The notes beneath the pieces were generated by a model that was given only the letters and a program-made list of their open reading frames with translations, did no database searches and was not told where the DNA came from. Both the position numbers and the translations under genes were made by a program. A DNA stretch of 64,000 bases, from IMG/VR virus record IMGVR_UViG_3300035698_007281, positions 1-64,000 of that record. One strand, 5' to 3'. This document shows positions 45,086-52,910 of the stretch, piece by piece. Origin of the DNA: a virus. Position 1 is the stretch's first letter. Each line of letters begins with the position of its first letter.

Positions 45086-45841
45086 CTACCCTCCGAACAT
45101 CCTCTTGATACGCTGGGGGATGTAATCGGTCCAGAGAACGTCGAGGATCAACTTGGACGGTGAAACCCAACCACCATCCCCCCAACGTTCCTCGACCTCG
45201 TCCAACATGAACTTGATCAACTGGTCCTCAGAGTAGTTGGTCCTCTCGGCACGGAGGGTGATCCAATCACCGGCCCCGGCGAAGGCCGAGTACTGGGAAC
45301 CTGTTTCTTTGAGGTTGTACCTCTTCCGGCCCAGGAATCTTTTGGCGTATGAGTCAGCGATGTGTTGGGTGAGTTTCGGGTTGGGGTCGTTGAATTTTGG
45401 TTTGCCCCACCAGGGAATGACTTTTGGATTCTGGTGCAACTTACGAAGGCGTCTGATGAACCCGATCAGGTTCTTGTAGGCGTTGTTCCTTCCTTGGAAC
45501 AAATGGAGGCCAGCATCACACGCCTCGAAGTATTTGGCCATGGCGGCCTTGATTGCCCCCACGCCCATCTCTTCCACGATTTTGGCCAAGAGGTTTTTCT
45601 GTTCGATGATCTCGTCATCGGAGACCCTGTTGTTCTTGGGATCCTGGATTGATTCGACCAGGATGAAGTCGGACTTGTTCCAGGCATCAACCACGACCTC
45701 GACTCGTTTGGGGATGTCCATGTTTGAGACCTCCCTCTCTCGTTTCGTTTCCCCTGGGTGGAGGATCGTGACGGTTAGAGGTTCGCCTTGGACAAATCGT
45801 TGGTGTTGTTCCTTGGACAGTTTCACTGTGAGGTTGGCCAT
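45086..45841 (-). CDS. Hypothetical protein adjacent to the strand switch
   Basis: About 251 aa from ATG 45841; GGAG RBS. Confidence 0.6.
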   Translation of the reverse strand: MANLTVKLSKEQHQRFVQGEPLTVTILHPGETKREREVSNMDIPKRVEVVVDAWNKSDFILVESIQDPKNNRVSDDEIIEQKNLLAKIVEEMGVGAIKAAMAKYFEACDAGLHLFQGRNNAYKNLIGFIRRLRKLHQNPKVIPWWGKPKFNDPNPKLTQHIADSYAKRFLGRKRYNLKETGSQYSAFAGAGDWITLRAERTNYSEDQLIKFMLDEVEERWGDGGWVSPSKLILDVLWTDYIPQRIKRMFGG

Positions 45842-45949
45842 TCTGTTCTCCGTTCTTCTTGGCCCAGTATAGCGACCGGGGTTGATATTCGGCGCGCAAC
45901 TACTAACGCTCGTCGGGGGCTTGCGCCCCCTTCTCACGCTGGGTGTCGT

Positions 45950-46110
45950 TTTTTGATTCTCGTGGGTTCTCTCCCCCTAAAGGGGGAGAGAACTAAGGGG
46001 GTTAAGGGCCTCAGTTTGGTAAGGGTGTGGAGATCCTCTGAATAATCAGAACCCACGAAAAAATTGGATTGAGAAAAATTACATACCCCTTGATGAGATT
46101 CTCTGAGGAA
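45950..46110. other. Divergent intergenic region with inverted repeats and an AT-rich tract (candidate origin)
   Basis: Perfect 13-bp IR 45966-45993; second IR 45960-45970/46048-46058; A-tracts. Confidence 0.4.
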
Positions 46111-46178
46111 ACTTTGAGGGGACCCTGACCCTGGTCGGTATAGTGTGCTGGCACCCAAACCGAAGGAGATCCACCAAC

Positions 46179-47183
46179 ATGACCAAGAAGAAGTCCAAGA
46201 CAACGGCGGATTCAATGACCCCCACCGATGTGGCCGACATGGCCGACATCAAGAAGCAGTACTCGAAGGATTGCGGCCTGTTCGGTGAGGATCCGGACAT
46301 GACCGTCGCTGAGTGTAAGGGGTGCAAGGTCGAGGACCACGTCATGTGGGTCCTCTGCCAGAAGTCCCACGCCCTCAAGAAGGGTGAGGCCCCTGAGGCC
46401 CCCCAGGAGGCACCGGAACCCCCGGCCGCCCCTGAGGTCGTTGAGAAGGTCGAAGACGCCCCTGAGGCCGTCCAGGCCGTCGAGGAGATCCCCGAGGGGG
46501 TCACTCCTCCGGTCGATGAGATCCCTGAGAACCAGTGGCGCAATAGGACCACCGGGGAAATTATCTTCTTCCCTGAGAATGTGGCGGTTAACGTGGATAA
46601 TTGGGAGAGGATCGAAGGCGCCCTTGAGGAGGCCGAGGTGGACCAGACCGATGGCGGGGACCAGATGTCCGATCAGGAAATGCGGCTCAACCAAAACAAC
46701 GCCATCAGTGGGAGTGGTGGGACTCCGGCCGAGGATGATCCAGGTACTGCCGTCGCGGCCGCCGAGGATGCCCCGTCCAGTGAGTCCCACCCCACCGATG
46801 GCGTGGCCAGTGCCGATGACAAGACCGAGGCGGTCTCGGAGATCCCGGACGCCGGGACGGGTGACCGAGGAGAGGACGCCCCCGACGAGGCCGCCTCGCC
46901 CCCCCGGCCCAAGAAGCTGAAGCCCAAGAAGCCCAGGCCCGCCGGGAAGGAAACTCTCCGGGGGATGGTGGCCGATATCATCTACGCCCTGGGTGACGGC
47001 CTCCACACGGCCCAGGAGGTCACCAAACGTACCATGGAGGCCTATGGGGACAAGATCGCCTCCAGGGCCTCCCTGGAGAAAACGGTGGGGTACGGTATCG
47101 GGTTCGGGAAGGCGTTCGGGATCCTCATCCCCGAGGGCCGGATCACGTTCCGTCTGAAGGTCGGCATCAGCCGGGAAGGGTAG
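46179..47183 (+). CDS. Hypothetical protein (Cys-rich N-terminus, acidic disordered middle, basic/wHTH-like C-terminus)
   Basis: AAGGAG RBS; C..FG....ECKGC...C. Confidence 0.65.
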   Translation: MTKKKSKTTADSMTPTDVADMADIKKQYSKDCGLFGEDPDMTVAECKGCKVEDHVMWVLCQKSHALKKGEAPEAPQEAPEPPAAPEVVEKVEDAPEAVQAVEEIPEGVTPPVDEIPENQWRNRTTGEIIFFPENVAVNVDNWERIEGALEEAEVDQTDGGDQMSDQEMRLNQNNAISGSGGTPAEDDPGTAVAAAEDAPSSESHPTDGVASADDKTEAVSEIPDAGTGDRGEDAPDEAASPPRPKKLKPKKPRPAGKETLRGMVADIIYALGDGLHTAQEVTKRTMEAYGDKIASRASLEKTVGYGIGFGKAFGILIPEGRITFRLKVGISREG

Positions 47184-47186
47184 ATC

Positions 47187-47771
47187 ATGCGTTGTATCAT
47201 CGGAGCGTTCGGCAACAAGGACATTCTCAACCTCGGTTGGTTCCTGGGTATGCTCGACCGGGTCAAGGCCGAGGGGTTGGTGGGCCAGTATCGGCGCTAT
47301 GCCATGACGCCGTACTGTACCGTCTTGGGTGTGTTCGAGACCAAGTTGAAAGGGCGACAACCTCCCACGGCCGAGGCCGGTGTGGTGGCCGCTGGTAGTT
47401 TCACCAATGCCGAGTCCCTGGGTCTCCGTGGAGGAGAGCGCCCGCTGGATCTTCTCTCCCGTTTCATGGGCCGGACAACTATCGATGATGTGGCGTTGTC
47501 GTGCCGCCTGATCGAGACCACGCCGGTTGAGGGGGTGGCCTTGGTAGTCGTTGGGAATGAACCCGAGAACCCGAGAACCTTCCTCGTCAGAACGTCGAGC
47601 GACCCCTCTATGTTTTTCTGGCGACATGCCCCGAGTGGGTCGATTTACTTCGCCTCTCGGAACGAGCATATTCAACCGTGCGTGTCTTGGGGAACGGCCC
47701 CAGTTGAACTACAACCCGACCACGTCCTGGATCTCAGAACGGGTGGGGTCGCCACAATCACAGGAGTGTAG
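47187..47771 (+). CDS. Degenerate class II glutamine amidotransferase (Ntn)-like protein
   Basis: N-terminal MRCIIGAF and C-terminal IYFAS; usual RG.D and HNG motifs not recognisable. Confidence 0.45.
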   Translation: MRCIIGAFGNKDILNLGWFLGMLDRVKAEGLVGQYRRYAMTPYCTVLGVFETKLKGRQPPTAEAGVVAAGSFTNAESLGLRGGERPLDLLSRFMGRTTIDDVALSCRLIETTPVEGVALVVVGNEPENPRTFLVRTSSDPSMFFWRHAPSGSIYFASRNEHIQPCVSWGTAPVELQPDHVLDLRTGGVATITGV

Positions 47772-47774
47772 AAC

Positions 47775-48206
47775 ATGGCCTCATCGTCTGTCACCAAGTC
47801 GTTCGTGATGAATTTCATTCACCGCCTATTGTCGTCCGGTTTTACCGATCCGGAACGGATACTCCACGGGCACACCGCCGAGGTGGAGATCACTTTCACT
47901 GGCCGTTTGCAGGCCGGGCGTGTCGTGGGTGATGAAGACGTGGGGGAACTTATAAATCCGATTATGGAGGGTTTGAAGAACATCACGATTTTGAATGGTA
48001 CGGCGGATCAGGATCTCATCACCAACTTGGTCAAAATCGCTACCGTCCAGATGTTCTCGTTCGATGGAGAACCAACCCCCTGTAATATCGCCGCCGAGAT
48101 CGGGGCGGTCCTCAACCGGGTCTCGAAGACTGGGTCCCGTTCGTGGGCCGTGTCGAATGTCACGCTCTGGATCGAGGAAGAGATGTTTTCTTGGGATGTT
48201 GGGTAG
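47775..48206 (+). CDS. Degenerate QueD/PTPS-like T-fold protein
   Basis: HRL...LHGH..EVEITF.G...LN...PT..NIA; catalytic Cys and the PTxEN Glu are not conserved. Confidence 0.65.
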   Translation: MASSSVTKSFVMNFIHRLLSSGFTDPERILHGHTAEVEITFTGRLQAGRVVGDEDVGELINPIMEGLKNITILNGTADQDLITNLVKIATVQMFSFDGEPTPCNIAAEIGAVLNRVSKTGSRSWAVSNVTLWIEEEMFSWDVG

Positions 48207-48250
48207 GCCCCTGGCCCGCCCGCTATACTGAACCACAAGGAGATTTACCG

Positions 48251-49294
48251 ATGAATAGACAAACTCTCGTTGACGCCATGGCCCAGGTGTTCCCCGCTGT
48301 GGCGTCCAACCCGACCGCCGAGGAGTGCGTTGACTTCCTCTTCACCGGCAACAAGATACGGGCCAGTGACGGCCAGATCCTGATCGAGGCCACTCTACCT
48401 GAGGACGCCGGTCTGGGGTGTCGTGTTCCGGCCGACGGGTTCTTCAAGTACATCCGGGCCATCCATGACGAGGAGATCAAATTCGACCTCGACGAGACGA
48501 CCCTTACGGTCAAGGCCGGGCGGAAGAAGTACAAGACCTCCGTGGCCATGGATCCGAAACAACTCTCGAAGCTGACCCTCGAAAACATCGATTGGAAGCC
48601 GGTCCCCGCTGGCCTGATCGAGGGGATCCGCCGGGTTCGGTTCGCCGCCGCCAAGACCACCTCCCAAGGTGCGCTTTGTGGGGTGCGTGTCGAGGACAAC
48701 CACGTCATGGCCGCGAACGCTTTCCGGATCGCGGTCTTCACGATGGACGATGCCGTGATGGAGGACGGTGGATTCAACGTGACCCAGGAACTCGCCTCCC
48801 AGTTGGTTCGGTATGAGTGTGAGATCACCGAGTGGGCCTGGAAGTCCGGGGTGTTGTACTTCCGAACACCGACCCTGGTCATCGCCGCCCTGGCCCTCTT
48901 CGGGCAGTACCCCGACGTGATGAAGTGGGTCGAGGACACCGAGGATCTCTCCATCGAGGTCAACCTCCCCGAGGAGACCCGTGAGTCCCTCCGGCGACTC
49001 CAGGCCCTCCAGAAGGAAGAGGCGACCTTGGACCAGGAGGTGTTGGTCTCGTTCGCCGAGGGCGAGATGACCCTGACCTCCGAAGGCCGCGACGGATCCT
49101 ACCGCGTGGACGAGAAGTTCGATGTCCCGGCCGAGGTCGCCCCCATGAAGTTCAAGATCCATCCGGGGTTCTTCTCCGACATCCTCGGCGAGTCCCAGGT
49201 TGTCAAGGTTGTCAAGGTGGCTGAGAACGGCCAGTTCGCCCGGTTCGAGTCCGAAGGGTTTGTGTACCTTTCGGCCACCGAACGTGTGGGATGA
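48251..49294 (+). CDS. dnaN: DNA sliding clamp (Pol III beta-like)
   Basis: 347 aa; ASDG, V.FAA.......L.GV, R.A, GQYPD. Confidence 0.8.
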   Translation: MNRQTLVDAMAQVFPAVASNPTAEECVDFLFTGNKIRASDGQILIEATLPEDAGLGCRVPADGFFKYIRAIHDEEIKFDLDETTLTVKAGRKKYKTSVAMDPKQLSKLTLENIDWKPVPAGLIEGIRRVRFAAAKTTSQGALCGVRVEDNHVMAANAFRIAVFTMDDAVMEDGGFNVTQELASQLVRYECEITEWAWKSGVLYFRTPTLVIAALALFGQYPDVMKWVEDTEDLSIEVNLPEETRESLRRLQALQKEEATLDQEVLVSFAEGEMTLTSEGRDGSYRVDEKFDVPAEVAPMKFKIHPGFFSDILGESQVVKVVKVAENGQFARFESEGFVYLSATERVG

Positions 49295-49342
49295 TCGCTA
49301 CAATGTCTTGGTTGTCGTTTCGTGTGTTGTGTCTCCTCGTGG

Positions 49343-49380
49343 ACCCCGGTCCGGTGACCCTAATCACCGGGCCGGGGTTT
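49343..49380 (+). terminator. 15-bp hairpin upstream of the polymerase (terminator or leader structure)
   Basis: ACCCCGGTCCGGTGA-CCCTAA-TCACCGGGCCGGGGT then TT. Confidence 0.5.
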
Positions 49381-49389
49381 GGATAAACA

Positions 49390-50628
49390 ATGGGAATTAA
49401 AAACTCATTCTTCTTCACGCCGGAAGAACTGTCGAAGACGGTCATCAAGAAGGCCGCCCGCCGGACCCCCACTCGTGGGTGTCAGGATTGTGGCCTGGAT
49501 CGCCTGTGTCGATCCGGTAGGATGGATCCCGCCGGTGGTGGTGACTTGGGGATCGCGGTGGTCATGGGATTCCCAGGCGATGAGGAGGGCCGTATCGACC
49601 GGCCGATGGTGGGCCGCCAGGGCGCTTTCCTCCGGAAGCATTTCCGGAAGGTGGGGATCAGCCTGGATGACGACTGCCTGAAGGTCCACGTCCTCCAGTG
49701 CCGGACCCCGAAGGACCGGCTTCCGGAGGGGGAGGAGTTGATGTGTTGCCGGTCGAGAGTGACCAAACAACTCCGTGAGTTCAAACCGGATCTGATCTTC
49801 GCCTTCGGGACTCCTGCCATCTCCGAGATCCTGAGGGACGCCCCCTTCAGCGCCAACGCCTCCAACATGCACGGCCGGGTCGTCCCGTCCCACCTGTGGG
49901 GGTGTCCGGTGGTGTGTGGGTTTGCCCCCTCGTTTTACCTGTCCGAGAGGCAACGGGGAGAGAAGACCGGGAAGTTCGACGCCCGGATGACCGAGGCCAT
50001 GAGGTTGGGCCTGACCGCCCTCGCCGGTCCTCCCCTGGTGGATACACGCCTCGACCCTGTCGGGTTCGAGATGGTCGAAGACTTGGCCGGGGTGGAGCGC
50101 CTCCTGAACCGCCTGACCGCCGAGAAGAAGCCCACGGCCTTCGACTGGGAGACAAACGGCCTCGACTCATTTCAACCTGATGCCAAACTCCTCCTGGCCT
50201 CCCTGGCCAACGTTGAGGAGACCGCCTGGGTGATCCCCCTGGAACACCGCCAAGCGCGATGGTCCCCCGAGGATCTGGTCCAGGTTAAGGAGTACCTGAA
50301 AAACTGGTTGGCCGGGCCGACGCCGAAGATCATACAGAATTGGCAATTTGAGGAGGTGTGGTCTGTCGTCAAACTGGGGACGACCATCAAGAACGTGGTG
50401 GCCGATACGATGGTCCGCGCCCACATCCTGGACAACCGATCTGGTGTGACCAAACAGGAGTTCATGGAGTTTGTCCGGTACGGGGAATCAGGACACAAAG
50501 GATCCGTGGATCGGGCCGCCCTACACCACGAGTACCTCGACACGGTGGCCCGATATGGTGCGCTTGACGTGAGGTACGACCTCCGGATATATTACGATCA
50601 ACTCGCCGAACTACCTATGGAGTTTTGA
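49390..50628 (+). CDS. DNA polymerase A N-terminal part: family-4 UDG-like domain plus 3'-5' exonuclease (SPO1-type)
   Basis: C..C.L...C, PG.EE....P.VG..G, CR.P; AFDWETNGL, N..F, DTM, Y.A.D. Confidence 0.85.
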   Translation: MGIKNSFFFTPEELSKTVIKKAARRTPTRGCQDCGLDRLCRSGRMDPAGGGDLGIAVVMGFPGDEEGRIDRPMVGRQGAFLRKHFRKVGISLDDDCLKVHVLQCRTPKDRLPEGEELMCCRSRVTKQLREFKPDLIFAFGTPAISEILRDAPFSANASNMHGRVVPSHLWGCPVVCGFAPSFYLSERQRGEKTGKFDARMTEAMRLGLTALAGPPLVDTRLDPVGFEMVEDLAGVERLLNRLTAEKKPTAFDWETNGLDSFQPDAKLLLASLANVEETAWVIPLEHRQARWSPEDLVQVKEYLKNWLAGPTPKIIQNWQFEEVWSVVKLGTTIKNVVADTMVRAHILDNRSGVTKQEFMEFVRYGESGHKGSVDRAALHHEYLDTVARYGALDVRYDLRIYYDQLAELPMEF

Positions 50629-50630
50629 TA

Positions 50631-52910
50631 ATGCCTATTCTTGTTGGTGATTGCATCGAAGTCCTCGCTACCCTACCCTCCGGCCACTTCCACACCTGCA
50701 TCACGTCCCCGCCCTACTGGGGCCTGCGTGACTACGGAACGGCTGAGTGGGAGGGCGGGGACGCGGAGTGCGATCACAGAAGCCCGGCGCAGGAGGCGAG
50801 TGACCGAACAGCCCTCAGAGTGATGCGGCTATGCCCCAAGTGCGGCGCTCGCAAAACCGACAAGCAACTCGGCCTCGAACCCACCCCCGCCGAGTACGTC
50901 GCCAAGATGGTCGCCGTGTTCCGCGAGGTCCGGCGCGTGCTGCGGGACGACGCAAGTCTTTGGCTTAACCTTGGCTCATCTTACGCTTCTGGTGATATAC
51001 ATCCCAGCCAGTCTCCCCTGCTTCGGCGTGCTTCTGCATGTGACACCGATGGCACAGCACGGCAAGGTTCTCAATGCGATTGTCTCGCCGGTCACGGTTC
51101 CGATGATGAACATCCAACCGGGACTCAGACCCGTCGTGACTGCAACACTCGCACCGACCAACCTTCTCCGCGAGAGCATTCAGGCCCCGCTTCGTCAAGC
51201 CGCGATTCGGCTGCGTCGAGTGAAAGCGAGCCACCTGCTCCCGCTTCTCTTGACGGCGTTCCTTCGTCCACCATGCGGCAATCTTCTTGCCAACCTTCGG
51301 ACGCTTCCGACCTCGGAGCCAAGGCTTTGGCTTCCCGGCTGTCGCCTCAGACATCTTGCGGCAACAATCCTTGGTCCGCTCATATGGGCGACTGCACGCC
51401 CGGCACGTCTTCGATGTCGCCGCCATTGGCTGTCCGCACTCAGGGCAAGGAATCTTTCTTCTCGGCATGTGGTCGCTCCGACTGTCAAGGAATAGGACGG
51501 TGTGGCTTCTGTTGGTGTAGTTTAGCAATCCCATCCCTTGCAGTCAAGCAAAAAGACTTGGTTCCGATACCGTGGCTGGTCGCCCTTGCCCTCCAGGCAG
51601 ACGGCTGGTATCTCCGCCAGGAAATCATCTGGTCGAAGCCCAACCCCATGCCGGAGTCCGTCACCGACCGCTGCACCAAGGCACACGAGAGCATCTTCCT
51701 GCTCACGAAGAAGCCAAGGTACTACTACGACCAGGACGCGATTCGGGAGCCACACCAGGACGCACATCGGGAAGCCAACCGCCCGACTCGGCGAGCCAAC
51801 TTGAAAAAGGCCGTTGCTGATGGATGCCCTACATACCACACCGAAGATCACCAGCCGTCCATGGATCTCCCTATGGCCGGGCACGCCAATGGCCGCAACA
51901 AACGCTCCGTCTGGACCGTCAGCACCAGGCCGTTCAGCGGATGGTCTGAAACCTACCATCTGGCCCGTGTGGAACCGGGTGACGCTTCCGGTGGCACGAA
52001 TCGCATAGAGTCTCCAGGTTGCCCAGTGCATGATCGTCAGGATCGTCAAGATGGTGGACGTTCAGGCGATCATCCGACCCACACTGGCAGCAGTGGAACT
52101 GATCCCGTTCAAGAGCAGCCTGCCGCGCCGTCGAGTGCTTCCACGCCCCGCGCGAGTTTGCATCCTCCCGATGATTCGGGTTCGCAGGCCCCTGGCAGTT
52201 CTCAGCCTGCCAAGCCCCGTAGCAATCGAACCCGCAAAACGGGCCACGCTCCTGCGACCACTTCGCCATGTACGCCTTCCGGTGAAACACCTGGCCGCAC
52301 TGACGGCACGTCAGGGTCACCCGATCCCGCTGGGCCTGGTGAGAGCACGCCCGAGAGCAGAACTTGGCCGGATGAGATGGCCGCTGATTCACTGGATCAA
52401 ACGCCGCACCACACTGTTCGCAAGTCGTCATTGCCAATATCTCCTAAATGCACCTGTGTATTCTACCACAAGATAACCAAGAAAACAAGCCACTTCGCCA
52501 CCTTCCCGCCCAAACTCATCGAGCCCTGCGTACTCGCCGGAACCTCCGCCAAGGGATGCTGCCCGGAATGCGGGGCGCCGTGGGAGAGAGTGGTAGAACG
52601 CAAGGCCATGGTCATCGACCGCAGCTCTCGCACGCACAGCAGGGGCCAGACCAGGAGCAGCGGAACGATGGTCGAGCCCCCGAGCAGCACCACGACCGGC
52701 TGGGAACCCGCCTGCCAGCACGACCAGCCACCCGAACCCTGCCGCGTCCTAGACCCCTTCGGCGGGGCAGGAACCACCGGCATGGTCGCCGCGCAGCACG
52801 GGAGGGACTACACCCTAATCGAACTCAACCCGGAGTACGCCGCCATTGCCGAGGACCGGGTTGGCAAGGCCGAGTGGTCCTATGAGAAACGAAGGAAGAG
52901 GTTTTTTTGA
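50631..52910 (+). CDS. Beta-class N4-C/N6-A DNA methyltransferase with two large in-frame insertions
   Basis: ITSPPYW, RVLR, WLNLG, KDL..IPW, PESV.DR.TK.HE, RSVW, HFATFPP.L, VLDPF.G.GTT, IELNPEY. Confidence 0.9.
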   Translation: MPILVGDCIEVLATLPSGHFHTCITSPPYWGLRDYGTAEWEGGDAECDHRSPAQEASDRTALRVMRLCPKCGARKTDKQLGLEPTPAEYVAKMVAVFREVRRVLRDDASLWLNLGSSYASGDIHPSQSPLLRRASACDTDGTARQGSQCDCLAGHGSDDEHPTGTQTRRDCNTRTDQPSPREHSGPASSSRDSAASSESEPPAPASLDGVPSSTMRQSSCQPSDASDLGAKALASRLSPQTSCGNNPWSAHMGDCTPGTSSMSPPLAVRTQGKESFFSACGRSDCQGIGRCGFCWCSLAIPSLAVKQKDLVPIPWLVALALQADGWYLRQEIIWSKPNPMPESVTDRCTKAHESIFLLTKKPRYYYDQDAIREPHQDAHREANRPTRRANLKKAVADGCPTYHTEDHQPSMDLPMAGHANGRNKRSVWTVSTRPFSGWSETYHLARVEPGDASGGTNRIESPGCPVHDRQDRQDGGRSGDHPTHTGSSGTDPVQEQPAAPSSASTPRASLHPPDDSGSQAPGSSQPAKPRSNRTRKTGHAPATTSPCTPSGETPGRTDGTSGSPDPAGPGESTPESRTWPDEMAADSLDQTPHHTVRKSSLPISPKCTCVFYHKITKKTSHFATFPPKLIEPCVLAGTSAKGCCPECGAPWERVVERKAMVIDRSSRTHSRGQTRSSGTMVEPPSSTTTGWEPACQHDQPPEPCRVLDPFGGAGTTGMVAAQHGRDYTLIELNPEYAAIAEDRVGKAEWSYEKRRKRFF
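50965..51468 (-). CDS. HNH endonuclease 1, nested antisense within the methyltransferase
   Basis: CPECG Zn finger, NUMOD3-like KMSEA..GK, CECC...VHH.N....DN..ENL..LC..CH...H; GGAG RBS. Confidence 0.85.
   Translation of the reverse strand: MPRRKIPCPECGQPMAATSKTCRACSRPYERTKDCCRKMSEATAGKPKPWLRGRKRPKVGKKIAAWWTKERRQEKREQVARFHSTQPNRGLTKRGLNALAEKVGRCECCSHDGSESRLDVHHRNRDRRDNRIENLAVLCHRCHMQKHAEAGETGWDVYHQKRKMSQG
51519..51547 (-). promoter_or_regulatory. Sigma70 promoter for antisense HNH 1
   Basis: TTGACT-17-TAAACT. Confidence 0.7.
51934..52431 (-). CDS. HNH endonuclease 2, nested antisense within the methyltransferase
   Basis: Two C..CG..F...FC...C fingers; R..ALERD...C..CG....VHH....NL.TLC..CH...H; AGGAGA RBS. 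Confidence 0.85.
   Translation of the reverse strand: MTTCEQCGAAFDPVNQRPSHPAKFCSRACSHQAQRDRVTLTCRQCGQVFHRKAYMAKWSQERGPFCGFDCYGAWQAENCQGPANPNHREDANSRGAWKHSTARQAALERDQFHCCQCGSDDRLNVHHLDDPDDHALGNLETLCDSCHRKRHPVPHGPDGRFQTIR
52460..52488 (-). promoter_or_regulatory. Sigma70 promoter (extended -10) for antisense HNH 2
   Basis: TTGTTT-17-TAGAAT with TG upstream of the -10. Confidence 0.7.

Noticed and set aside
47187-48206. Functional 7-deazaguanine modification pathway
   Set aside because: No dpdA, folE, queE or queC visible and catalytic residues are missing; kept only as a degenerate-pair finding
50986-52490. Methyltransferase inserts as inteins or group I introns
   Set aside because: No C-terminal HN/HQ followed by C/S/T, endonucleases are on the opposite strand, and no intron core is recognisable by eye; needs RT-PCR to exclude fully
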